Source of the DNA: Vampirovibrionaceae bacterium NZW_1234
Lineage (GTDB): Bacteria; Cyanobacteriota; Vampirovibrionia; Vampirovibrionales; JAGQHJ01
DNA length: 64,000 nt
Direction of reading: 5' to 3'
Assembly: GCA_041697335.1 (NCBI GenBank)
Contig: JBGUGD010000001.1
Location: forward strand, 79,598 to 143,597
Under the pieces are notes generated by a model. The model worked only from the letters and a program-made list of their open reading frames with translations. It ran no database searches and had not been told where the DNA came from. This document shows, in pieces, positions 19,987-28,548 of the stretch. Within the stretch, counting starts at the first letter, position 1. The number at the start of each line of letters is the position of its first letter. Made by a program: the position numbers and the translations under genes.

Positions 19987-20166
19987 CTAAGCTTCCGTCC
20001 AGAGGCGCTGGTTGCTGTTGGGTGCGCCAGTCAAAAGGTTACCGCTGATCCCACCACCAAAGCTGCTGGCCGTGTCATTGGAGACCCCGTTAAAGCTATT
20101 GCTTGGAGGGAAGGTGGTTTTCATTACGTTTGCTGAACCGCCCATTGCGCTCATACTGCATGCCAT
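19987..20166 (-). CDS. unannotated small ORF, 59 aa, Gly/Ser/Asn-rich (MACSMSAMGGSANVMKTTFPPSNSFNGVSNDTASSFGGGISGNLLTGAPNSNQRLWTEA)
   Basis: AAGGAG RBS 7 nt upstream of the ATG; sigma70-like promoter TTCTTG-17-TATAAG; terminator downstream; falls below the 60-aa ORF-track cutoff. Confidence 0.55.
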   Translation of the reverse strand: MACSMSAMGGSANVMKTTFPPSNSFNGVSNDTASSFGGGISGNLLTGAPNSNQRLWTEA

Positions 20167-20216
20167 TGGTAGACTCCTTTTCTTGTTTCCTACTAACCTA
20201 ACTGAAACGTTATATT

Positions 20217-20245
20217 CTTATAATAATGAATTGTTGAAACAAGAA
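20217..20245 (-). promoter_or_regulatory. putative sigma70-type promoter of the small ORF (TTCTTG-17 nt-TATAAG)
   Basis: Hexamers and spacing read directly from the minus strand, about 50 nt upstream of the RBS. Confidence 0.45.
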
Positions 20246-20410
20246 GTGTCTTCTGGCCTACAAATTTAAAAAGAAAATAAAAAAACGTGGTGGCGTGGGT
20301 TGCATCTTTGCCCGAAAAGCCTCAAGGCATGGGCCATTTGCCTATTGTTACGGTTTCTGGAAGTGAACATTTATGCCTGTAATTTTCCAGGTGCCACAGG
20401 GGGGCTGGAC

Positions 20411-20443
20411 AAAAAAGAAAAACCCTATGGAAGTCATAGGGTT
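20411..20443 (-). terminator. intrinsic terminator of repeat unit 1
   Basis: Minus-strand aaccctatgacttccataggg hairpin followed by UUUUUCUUUUUU. Confidence 0.7.
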
Positions 20444-20445
20444 AA

Positions 20446-20576
20446 CAATCGTACATTGGCTATGGATAAGTCGTTAAGAGTAAGATCGATTTAGCGTGTT
20501 TTCTGTGAGAGTAGAGTTTCGATACTTTTATTATGTCAAATTGATGTGTTGCTTTCTGTCGGGTAGCCAACAAATT
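20446..20576 (-). ncRNA. sRNA-like repeat unit 1 (63-nt conserved 5' block, about 36-nt variable region, conserved 30-nt core, terminator)
   Basis: Near-identical to unit 2 at a 297-300 bp offset; no ORF; terminator orientation fixes the minus strand. Confidence 0.5.
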
Positions 20577-20706
20577 TGTTCAGCGGACTCAAATTCGTCT
20601 TCGGAGTTTATCCGAAGCGTCTGAAACCCTTTTTAGATCTGGGTTTGAGGTGGTTTACATTTCGCAATCATCCTGCTCTCCAAGCGCGTTCCTCTAAAGG
20701 ACGGAC

Positions 20707-20737
20707 AAAAAAAAGAAACCCTATGGTGAGCATAGGG
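20707..20737 (-). terminator. intrinsic terminator of repeat unit 2
   Basis: Minus-strand ccctatgctcaccataggg hairpin followed by UUUCUUUUUUUU. Confidence 0.7.
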
Positions 20738-20742
20738 CGAGA

Positions 20743-20876
20743 CAATCGTACATTGGCTATGGATAAGTCGTTATGAGAGAGAGGTTTAGAGTTTTGGTCT
20801 GAAGAGATGTGTTGAGTTTCGATACTTTTATTATGTCAAATTGATGTGTTACTTTCTGTCGGGTAGCTGACAAATT
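20743..20876 (-). ncRNA. sRNA-like repeat unit 2
   Basis: Same architecture as unit 1; the 63-nt block differs at 3 positions, the core is identical, and the middle about 40 nt differ. Confidence 0.5.
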
Positions 20877-20900
20877 CGACGGACTCCTCGGGTAATCCTG

Positions 20901-20947
20901 AAAAAACCGCCTAAATGCTCTCCACGAGAGGCAAAAAGGCGGTTTAC
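20901..20947 (-). terminator. intrinsic terminator of the 20992..22233 gene
   Basis: aaccgcc-N-ggcggtt hairpin followed by a U-run on the minus strand. Confidence 0.6.
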
Positions 20948-20991
20948 AAAAGTTAAAGATTGAAGGCTTACAGCGAAATCAAGCCCGTCTG

Positions 20992-22152
20992 TTATTTGAA
21001 ATAGGCGCTGACTTGCTTGTCTTCAGCATAACAGCTCCCGTTCCAGCGATAGACATAGATCGGGTGGTAAGGGTCTTTGTCAAACTGGCGAACCACAATT
21101 TCCATCTTGCCGTCGCCATCAATGTCTTCGGTAATATGGGGGCCTTTGTGGGATTTCAGTTCCCCGATCACCTGGTTTTTCCCGTTGAGAATACGAACCT
21201 CATAGGGGGCGTTGGGCGTGCCGGTTAAAAAGAAATTGATGGAATCGGTCGTGCCGTCCTGATCCAAATCCAGCGATTTACTGGTTTTCAGTTGGTTCCA
21301 GTTGACGGGTGTCGAACTGAAGGAGCATGTCTGCGCAACTTCCGGGGGACGAGATGTCGCGGTTGTTGTACTCTGGTCCGACTCTACCGTGTTGCCATCA
21401 GCCATGGACAAGGCCATCAGCGCACTATTGGGGCTGGATGACGTCGCACCGTAGGGAACATAAATGGTCGTCACGTCTTCATTAATTAAGCTGCTATAAG
21501 CTTCATAAGGCTTCAGTCCTTCCAAAATGCGCACATAGCTGGGCCATACACCGGGTTTCATATCATCGCGGTTAAAAATCAGGGCATCTTTCAGCTTGTA
21601 GCCCACATCCATCTTGCGGGTGGTCATGGCATCCGGCGGCGCGTTTTCAAAGATAATGTCCGTATCGACCTGGGCCAAGCCATAGGCCAGGCTGGTATAG
21701 GGGGAGCCGATTTTATCGTTGGCTTTTCTCAGGAAGAAAAGGCCGTTCTTATTGGCTTCCATCACCAGTTGGGCGTATCCATAGTCGAAAAACTTGATGG
21801 GGTCATTTTCATTGGTCAAATAGCGGGCTTTCAAAGCCTTCATCAGCTTTGCACGCTCTTCGGGAATCTGGCCATAGGCTGCATAGGCCCGTCGAAGGGT
21901 CTCCATATGCAGGAGCAGCGAATCGGTCGACGTCATAAACTCATAGGTTCCGTCTGCCGTTTGGACAGCCTGGTCCAGGCCTTCGGCTTGGGGGACACTG
22001 GACACTTCCAACGGAACTGTTCTAAGCAGCATGGGCTTTTCAGTAACCGTGGTTGACGTTGCTTCCAGTGCGACATCTTCAGCCTTGCCGGGTGCCAGGA
22101 GGGCTGTTGTTAATGTTAGCGCCAGCATGGAGGCAAAGGTGGTTTGCTTCAT
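20992..22152 (-). CDS. secreted hypothetical protein (signal peptide; C-terminal DGDG/FG-GAP-like segment)
   Basis: MKQTTFASMLALTLTTALLAPGKA signal peptide; start assumed at MKQ. Confidence 0.5.
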   Translation of the reverse strand: MKQTTFASMLALTLTTALLAPGKAEDVALEATSTTVTEKPMLLRTVPLEVSSVPQAEGLDQAVQTADGTYEFMTSTDSLLLHMETLRRAYAAYGQIPEERAKLMKALKARYLTNENDPIKFFDYGYAQLVMEANKNGLFFLRKANDKIGSPYTSLAYGLAQVDTDIIFENAPPDAMTTRKMDVGYKLKDALIFNRDDMKPGVWPSYVRILEGLKPYEAYSSLINEDVTTIYVPYGATSSSPNSALMALSMADGNTVESDQSTTTATSRPPEVAQTCSFSSTPVNWNQLKTSKSLDLDQDGTTDSINFFLTGTPNAPYEVRILNGKNQVIGELKSHKGPHITEDIDGDGKMEIVVRQFDKDPYHPIYVYRWNGSCYAEDKQVSAYFK

Positions 22153-22833
22153 CCAACTCAGTGACCGGTTGTCCATAGAACACACTCCTCTAAAATCGCT
22201 TGCTTTTGGACTTACATGGCCCCATATCACCATATCGGGGCAGATTTGATTTTCTTTATCATGGCCTCTCTCTATATATAGAATAAAGGGAGGTCATTTG
22301 TCTGAAAGTCATCCGATCTCAATTATAAGGAAAAGCCTCAAATCGGGGGACGGGGGCGTAACGATCTTCAATGACGAGGTCGTTGGCAAGGAGGTTCCGA
22401 TAGGGGGAATTTCCCCGACTCCGAACCGGCTTCACCGGGGAGACTGATCGAAGCCTTCATGGGGCGCCCTCTGCCATGGGCTGAGGACAGGAAAGTACCG
22501 CTAGACAAAGGATTTGTTTTCTGGCACAATAAACCAGCCTCGCCATACCCAACCCGATCGGGAGTGACCCCTGATCCGGAACTGCGATGAGACCGGGCTC
22601 GGTTTTTGCCCTCAAGAACCAAAGATGCGCCCCGCGCTGTGGTCGCCCACAGAAATCATAACGATGGTCTTGATCCTGTTTTTTGTTTTGGTTATGGTGT
22701 TGGTTCACACTGTATGGCACGGCGAATTTCGGTCGCTCGCCACACCAGTTACGAAAACGTAAGAAGCTACAGAGTCAAAACGTAACGAACACGGTACGAA
22801 ATAAGTAAAGAAAGCTGAGAAAGTACAGAAAGC

Positions 22834-23208
22834 ATGGCACGGATTGTTGGTGTAGATCTTCCACGTAACAAGAAGCTTTTATGGGCTTTGACCTATATTT
22901 ACGGCATTGGCCTGACAAGCAGCAAAAAGATTTTAGAAGCCACCGGCATTGACCCGGACAAGCGTACAGATGATCTGACCGAGGATGATATCAACCGTCT
23001 GCGGGAAGAAATCGAAAAGAACTACCAGGTCGAAGGGGATCTGCGGCGTAAAGTGGGGATGGACATCAAGCGTCTCCAGGAGATCAACTGTTATCGCGGT
23101 CAGCGTCACCGCAGAGGTCTGCCGTGTCGTGGTCAGCGCACCAAGACGAATGCCAAGACTCGTCGTGGTAGAAAAGCTGGCAGCCCCATCAAGAAAAAAG
23201 CCGGTTAA
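22834..23208 (+). CDS. rpsM: 30S ribosomal protein S13
   Basis: [14 protein letters not shown]...LTYIYGIG. Confidence 0.95.
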   Translation: MARIVGVDLPRNKKLLWALTYIYGIGLTSSKKILEATGIDPDKRTDDLTEDDINRLREEIEKNYQVEGDLRRKVGMDIKRLQEINCYRGQRHRRGLPCRGQRTKTNAKTRRGRKAGSPIKKKAG

Positions 23209-23251
23209 TGCGTAGACAAGCTTAAGCACAGTGGAGAAAGCGTAATTTACT

Positions 23252-23650
23252 ATGGCCAAACAACAAAAAGACAAAGGCAAAGTCAAACGTAAAGAGAAAA
23301 AGAATGTGCTCCAAGGCGTGGTGCACATTCAGTCCACGTTTAACAACAGTATTGTGACCTCGACCGACCCGCAAGGTAATGTCATTGCTTGGTCGAGTGC
23401 AGGGGCTTGTGGCTTCAAGGGTGCTCGCAAAGGCACACCGTTTGCCGCTCAGTCCGCCGCCGAAGACGTGGCCAAAAAGTCCGTCGAGCACGGTATGCGC
23501 TCGGTAAAAGTCTATGTCAGCGGACCGGGTGGCGGCCGTGAAACGGCTATCCGCGCCCTTCAGGTTGCTGGCTTGGAAATTACCTTAATCAAGGATGTGA
23601 CCCCCATTCCGCACAACGGGTGCCGTCCTCCCAAACGTCGTCGAGTTTAA
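23252..23650 (+). CDS. rpsK: 30S ribosomal protein S11
   Basis: [22 protein letters not shown]...SSAG. Confidence 0.95.
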   Translation: MAKQQKDKGKVKRKEKKNVLQGVVHIQSTFNNSIVTSTDPQGNVIAWSSAGACGFKGARKGTPFAAQSAAEDVAKKSVEHGMRSVKVYVSGPGGGRETAIRALQVAGLEITLIKDVTPIPHNGCRPPKRRRV

Positions 23651-23682
23651 GCAGCAGAAATTGATAACAAGGAGAAGTACCC

Positions 23683-24297
23683 TTGGCACGCTATCGTAAA
23701 TCAGTTTGCAAATTATGCCGCAACGAGGGCATGAAGCTCTTCCTGAAAGGGGCTCGTTGCGAAACCAAATGTGCAATCGACAAGAAACCCTACGCCACCG
23801 GCCAACATGGTCAGGCTCGGAAAAAGCTCTCTGAATACGCCATTCAGTTGCGTGAAAAGCAAAAAGTTCGCCGTATGTATGGTGTTCAGGAAAAGCAATT
23901 CCGCAAGTACTACGAAAAAGCAACCCGGACCACTGGGGTTACCGGTACCATCATCTTCCAATTGTTGGAAGCTCGCTTGGATAACGTTCTTTACCGCTCC
24001 GGTCTGGTTCCTTCCCGTGCCCAAGCCCGTCAAATGATTGGCCATGGACACTTTCTGGTGAATGGACGCAAAGTCGATATCCCGTCGGTTCAGCTCAAGC
24101 CGGGTGACGTGATTACGCCCAAGGAAAAGAGCAAGGAACTGATCAAGCAACTTTCCGAAATTGCCACCACGGCCACCCCGCGCTGGTTGGATGTGGATAA
24201 GGACAATCTGGCCATTCGGGTGAATGCAAAAGTTGAACGGGAAGACGTGGATGCTACCCTCAAAGAAGCGCTGATCGTTGAATACTATTCACGGTAA
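23683..24297 (+). CDS. rpsD: 30S ribosomal protein S4
   Basis: MARYRKSVCKLCRNEGMKLFLKGARC. Confidence 0.95.
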   Translation: MARYRKSVCKLCRNEGMKLFLKGARCETKCAIDKKPYATGQHGQARKKLSEYAIQLREKQKVRRMYGVQEKQFRKYYEKATRTTGVTGTIIFQLLEARLDNVLYRSGLVPSRAQARQMIGHGHFLVNGRKVDIPSVQLKPGDVITPKEKSKELIKQLSEIATTATPRWLDVDKDNLAIRVNAKVEREDVDATLKEALIVEYYSR

Positions 24298-24364
24298 GCG
24301 ATATACTTTTGTTCTAGAACAGTTCTATCCGCCGGATAATTTTTAAGAGGAGTTTTAGCCCCCT

Positions 24365-25327
24365 ATGGAACACCAACCCAACATTAAATGTGTCAACACA
24401 ACCACCGATTCGGATGGTTCGATTTATGGCAAGTTTGTGATTGAACCGTTGGAAAGAGGCTACGGGACCACTTTGGGTAACTCGTTGCGTCGGGTTCTTT
24501 TGTCCAGCTTGCCGGGTTCTGCCATTACGGCTGTTCGTATCGAAGGGGTCAGTCACGAGTTCACTACCATGCCTGGTGTCAAGGAAGACGTCATGGACAT
24601 CATCCTCAATCTCAAAGGCATCGTGATCAAGAATCTGACCGAAGATACCCAATATCTTCGCATTGATGCCGATAAACCCGGCCCGGTGTTTGCAGGCGAT
24701 ATCAATTTGCCTGGTGATGTTCGTATCGTCAACCCCGATCGCTTGATCTGCACCTTGTCCGAGGGTGGCAGCTTCCATGCCGATCTGACCGTTGAAAACG
24801 GCAAAGGCTATGTTCCGGCCAACACCAGCGGTAACCTCCCGGTTGATGTATTGCCCATTGACGGTGTCTTTATGCCCATCCGCCGGGTTGCCTACACCGT
24901 GGAAGATACCCGGGTCGGCCAGCGCACCGATTATGACAAACTGATTCTGGAAGTCTGGTCCAACGGCAGCATCGAAGTGGCTGAAGCCCTGAGCCGTGCT
25001 GCAAACCTGCTCATCGAGCACATGTTGCCTCTGGCCTCTTTGTCCGGTATTCCCAAGCTGGTGGCTCAACCTCAGCCTGAAGAAACCGAGACGGAGACCA
25101 AGGCGCCCAATATCACCGTCGAAGATCTGGAATTGTCCGTGCGTGCCTTCAACTGCTTGAAGCGGGCCAATATCAATTCCATCAGCGAGTTGCTCAACAA
25201 GTCCGAAAACGACTTGCTCAACATTAAAAACTTCGGCAAGAAGTCCGCTGACGAGGTGATTGAGCGCTTAAGAGCCTTTGGTTTGGATCTGAAGCCCAAT
25301 CCGGAAGAATCGGAACTGATTTCGTAA
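24365..25327 (+). CDS. rpoA: DNA-directed RNA polymerase subunit alpha
   Basis: N-terminal dimerisation domain plus C-terminal CTD (SVRAFNCLKRANINSISELL). Confidence 0.95.
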   Translation: MEHQPNIKCVNTTTDSDGSIYGKFVIEPLERGYGTTLGNSLRRVLLSSLPGSAITAVRIEGVSHEFTTMPGVKEDVMDIILNLKGIVIKNLTEDTQYLRIDADKPGPVFAGDINLPGDVRIVNPDRLICTLSEGGSFHADLTVENGKGYVPANTSGNLPVDVLPIDGVFMPIRRVAYTVEDTRVGQRTDYDKLILEVWSNGSIEVAEALSRAANLLIEHMLPLASLSGIPKLVAQPQPEETETETKAPNITVEDLELSVRAFNCLKRANINSISELLNKSENDLLNIKNFGKKSADEVIERLRAFGLDLKPNPEESELIS

Positions 25328-25362
25328 GAAGGAAAGAATAAACTCCAAAAGGACTATCGATC

Positions 25363-25764
25363 ATGAGACACAGATGTAAACGTCATCACCTGTCCAAAGC
25401 GGCTGACCAGCGCAATGCGCTGATCCGGACTTTGGCAACCAGCTTTATCAAGCACAATGAGATTGTCACCACGCTGCCTCGGGCCAAAGCGCTTAAAGAA
25501 ACCGTGGAGCAGCTCATTACCCTAGGTAAGCAAGGTGATGTTCACGCTATGCGTCAAGCTGCTCGGCATGTCTACAACCAGCCGACGGGCGAGCTCATGA
25601 CCACGGACAACGGAAAGACCATCTCCCAGACGGTATTGCGTAAGCTCTTCTCCGAAATCGCTCCCAAGTTCCAGGGGCGTAAGGGTGGATACACTCGTGT
25701 GGTGAAGCTTCCTCCCCGTCGTGGTGATGCCGCTCCGATGGCCCTCATTCAGCTGGTCGATTAG
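25363..25764 (+). CDS. rplQ: 50S ribosomal protein L17
   Basis: MRHRCKRHHLSKAADQRNALIRTLA. Confidence 0.9.
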   Translation: MRHRCKRHHLSKAADQRNALIRTLATSFIKHNEIVTTLPRAKALKETVEQLITLGKQGDVHAMRQAARHVYNQPTGELMTTDNGKTISQTVLRKLFSEIAPKFQGRKGGYTRVVKLPPRRGDAAPMALIQLVD

Positions 25765-25791
25765 GGATTTTTTCCCTTTCTGGGACCAGGC

Positions 25792-26700
25792 ATGATGACG
25801 GACATTCACTCTCAAAGTATCGACACCCAGCAGCAGCGCATTGCACTGCTGCTGGAGTATTTTGGCCCGGCTTTTTCGGGGGCGGCCCGACAGATTGAAG
25901 CCTATACGGTTCAAGGCGCTTTGGAAAACACCTTGGCCAAGCTGAACATTCCGCATACCGGTGTGTGTCTCGCCGGGCGTACGGATGCCGGCGTGCATGC
26001 CAAGGGTCAGGTGGTTCATTTCGATATTCCCTTTCAAGGCCTGAATCAGATTCCAAGCCTGAATCTTTCCTTAAATGCAAAGTTACCCCATACTATGTCT
26101 GTGAAGGATTCGGTGATTGTGCCTCTGTCGGAGGTCAAGAAGCAGAACTTTCATGCCACCGTGTCGGCCCAGTGGCGCTGGTATCAGTACCGCATCTTTA
26201 ATCAGCCCCTGCGGTCCACCTGGAAGCGTCCCGATGCGGCCTGGGTTCGCTATCCGATGGATGTGGAGCGCATGGCTGAAGGGGCACGCTACTTCCTGGG
26301 TGAACATGACTTTGAGAGTTTCAAATGTCCTCGGACCGATAATATGAATAATGTTTGCAACGTCATCCACAGCCGCCTGTATCGGGAAGATGAAAACTAT
26401 ATTGTCTTTGACATTGTGGCCAATCGGTTTGTTTACAAAATGGTCCGCAATCTGATGGGGCTGTTGATTCAGATTGGGCTTGATGATCGTCTCCAGCCGG
26501 AAGACATTCCCCAGATTATTGGATGCAAAGCCCGTCAGGATAGCTTTTCTACCGCACAACCCGAGGGTCTTTCCCTCATGGCGGTCCATTATCCCAAACC
26601 ATGGGACTTTTTTCAGAACGATGTTTATGTTACAACTTTGAATCAGATAATACAGGAGTCCAGCAGTTATGAAAAAAACGTACTCCGCAAAGCCTCTTGA
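25792..26700 (+). CDS. truA: tRNA pseudouridine(38-40) synthase TruA
   Basis: [15 protein letters not shown]...[17 protein letters not shown]. Confidence 0.85.
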   Translation: MMTDIHSQSIDTQQQRIALLLEYFGPAFSGAARQIEAYTVQGALENTLAKLNIPHTGVCLAGRTDAGVHAKGQVVHFDIPFQGLNQIPSLNLSLNAKLPHTMSVKDSVIVPLSEVKKQNFHATVSAQWRWYQYRIFNQPLRSTWKRPDAAWVRYPMDVERMAEGARYFLGEHDFESFKCPRTDNMNNVCNVIHSRLYREDENYIVFDIVANRFVYKMVRNLMGLLIQIGLDDRLQPEDIPQIIGCKARQDSFSTAQPEGLSLMAVHYPKPWDFFQNDVYVTTLNQIIQESSSYEKNVLRKAS

Positions 26701-27115
26701 AGTAGAGCGTAAGTGGATCATCGTCGACGCTAAAGGCCAACGCCTTGGCCGTTTAGCCAGCACCGTGGCAACCTTGCTGCGTGGCAAGCATAAGCCCGAG
26801 TTCACCCCCCACGTGGATACCGGGGATTTTGTTATCGTCATTAACGCCAGTGATGTTGAAGTGACCGGCAACAAGGCGAATGATAAAAAATACTACCGCA
26901 ACACCGGCTACCCGGGTGGTTTGCGGACGTTGACCTTTAAAGATTTCATGGCCAAGTCCCCTGAAAAGGTGATTGAGTTGGCCGTTTGGGGGATGATTCC
27001 TCACACTCGCCTGGGTCGTGATCAGATCCGCAAATTGCATGTGTATCCCGGTGCTGAGCACCCGCATCAAGCTCAACAGCCGGAACTCTACAGAGAATTG
27101 GAGGTCGTGAAATAA
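26669..27115 (+). CDS. rplM: 50S ribosomal protein L13
   Basis: [27 protein letters not shown]. Confidence 0.95.
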   Translation: MKKTYSAKPLEVERKWIIVDAKGQRLGRLASTVATLLRGKHKPEFTPHVDTGDFVIVINASDVEVTGNKANDKKYYRNTGYPGGLRTLTFKDFMAKSPEKVIELAVWGMIPHTRLGRDQIRKLHVYPGAEHPHQAQQPELYRELEVVK

Positions 27116-27116
27116 C

Positions 27117-27518
27117 ATGGATTACCCGCAAAAAGGAACCCGTGGTACGGGACGTCGTAAAACCGCTGTTGCTCGGGTACGTTTGGTCAAAGGCACCGGC
27201 AAGCTTCTGGTGAACAACCAAACCGGTGAAGATTATTTTGGCCAACGGGCTGCGTTGGTTACCCAAGCGGTTCAGCCCCTGGTGGTTGCCGGTGTTCGCG
27301 AGAAATACGATATTCTGGTCAAAGCCCATGGCGGCGGCAAAAGCGGTCAGTCTGGTGCTATCCGTCTCGGTGTGGCCCGTGCGCTGATCGAAGTGATGCC
27401 GGATCTGAACAAGTCCATCCGTGATGAAGGCTTCCTGACCCGTGACCCTCGCGTGAAAGAACGGAAAAAGTACGGTTTGCACAAAGCCCGCAAACGTCCT
27501 CAGTACTCCAAACGTTAA
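27117..27518 (+). CDS. rpsI: 30S ribosomal protein S9
   Basis: GTGRRKTAVARVRL...C-terminal RKRPQYSKR. Confidence 0.95.
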   Translation: MDYPQKGTRGTGRRKTAVARVRLVKGTGKLLVNNQTGEDYFGQRAALVTQAVQPLVVAGVREKYDILVKAHGGGKSGQSGAIRLGVARALIEVMPDLNKSIRDEGFLTRDPRVKERKKYGLHKARKRPQYSKR

Positions 27519-27565
27519 TTTCTGCTGGGATTCAAAGACAACACACTGTATTATCCGATTCACAA

Positions 27566-27608
27566 CCATCCTCTCACTCGAAGACCTCGGTGGGAGGATG
27601 GTTGCTTT
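27566..27608 (+). terminator. intrinsic terminator after rpsI
   Basis: ccatcctctcac-N12-gtgggaggatgg hairpin followed by ttgcttt. Confidence 0.55.
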
Positions 27609-27663
27609 AAGGATTGGAGCGGGTGAGAAGAAAGAGCGACCACTAGGCAAATGACATAAAAAC

Positions 27664-27699
27664 GCTCGGATCTTTAGAGGCTCCGAGCGTTGGGTTTTT
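27664..27699. terminator. bidirectional intrinsic terminator (rpsI operon on + / 27720..28385 gene on -)
   Basis: cgctcgga-N10-tccgagcg hairpin flanked by an A5 run 5' and a T-rich run 3'. Confidence 0.6.
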
Positions 27700-27719
27700 C
27701 AAATGATAGGGGCGTGTCG

Positions 27720-28385
27720 TTAAACAATTCTGTCGAATTGCGGTTCAAGGTTGCGAGAGACCACCCCAAATTGTCCGACAAGCGGCTTTCCTTTAAGGGC
27801 GGCCAATTCCTTGATCTGGGTGGTATCAATCCGGAAGGCATCATCGGATGCCAACGCCGTATCCGGATCCAACGCGCCTTTTAAGAGCTCGACCCCCGGT
27901 AATTGGAGCAAGGCTTTCAGGAGGGTTCGTTTCTCCGGTTCCGTATGGGAGGCGGTGAGCAGTAAGACTTTGGGGTCGCTGGAAGGCGGATCTGTTTTTC
28001 GGCGACCATACCCCACAAACAAGGTCGGATGGTCTAACATCTGCTTCAGGAGGGTGGATTGTTTGGTGAAAAATGTTTCTAGAAACGTTTTCACAATGCT
28101 CCCTTCGGCTTTTTCAGCTGATGTGACTGCTGGAGCCTGTTCGGTCCGGTGCTCGTTCAGGAGTTCTGCCTTAAGTCGAGCCAGGGCCTCTTGGGTGTTC
28201 GATGAATCACTAGAGAACTTCAGAGGCTGTTTCGCTGCCCTGGTTGGCAGATACGGTTTAATTGCCAAAATTTTCATTGCTTTTAGAGACTCCCTTTCAA
28301 CCACCACGGGTGTTTTCACCTCAAATGATATTTGGAAAGCAGCTGGTAAGCAATTAAAAATTGGCATTGGGCTTAAGATGTCCAT
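27720..28385 (-). CDS. hypothetical protein (221 aa)
   Basis: ORF with good length, no recognised domain. Confidence 0.4.
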   Translation of the reverse strand: MDILSPMPIFNCLPAAFQISFEVKTPVVVERESLKAMKILAIKPYLPTRAAKQPLKFSSDSSNTQEALARLKAELLNEHRTEQAPAVTSAEKAEGSIVKTFLETFFTKQSTLLKQMLDHPTLFVGYGRRKTDPPSSDPKVLLLTASHTEPEKRTLLKALLQLPGVELLKGALDPDTALASDDAFRIDTTQIKELAALKGKPLVGQFGVVSRNLEPQFDRIV

Positions 28386-28548
28386 ACGTGAAGAATATGG
28401 GGGCAGAACGGTTTCTGACTAGGTCGCTTCCAAAATTACGAAATGTAACAAATGGATCGGCTTTAGGCATTTTTAAACCTTCTTAATTTTTTATTTACAC
28501 ATAGAGAAGAGATTACCTTGTTTTGCGAAGAAGGAGAGAGAAGACGTT

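Noticed and set aside
20633-20671. 12-codon minus-strand ORF (MIAKCKPPQTQI) with a GGAGAG SD between repeat units 2 and 1
   Set aside because: Too short to support and has no counterpart in the other units; noted only as a possibility.
19696-20776. Plus-strand ORFs in the repeat region (19696..19884, 19897..20136, 20012..20269, 20300..20494, 20576..20776), the latter two ending ...NRTLAMDKSL
   Set aside because: Their shared C-terminal peptide is just the translated repeat core. They lack an RBS and run through minus-strand terminator hairpins whose U-tracts are only on the minus strand, so they are artefacts of the repeat.
19811-20947. CRISPR array or guide-RNA interpretation of the repeats
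   Set aside because: Only three units with irregular spacing; each has its own terminator; there is no regular short repeat/spacer alternation and no cas or nuclease gene nearby (the neighbour is a secreted protein).
22337-22770. tmRNA, RNase P RNA or SRP RNA in the rpsM upstream region
   Set aside because: Partial matches (GGGGGCGUAACG...UUCAAUGACGAGG; CCGGGCUC; UCCGGAA) were found, but no acceptor/T-arm pairing, P4 helix partner or domain-IV symmetric loop could be reconstructed. The region is left as an unassigned structured region.
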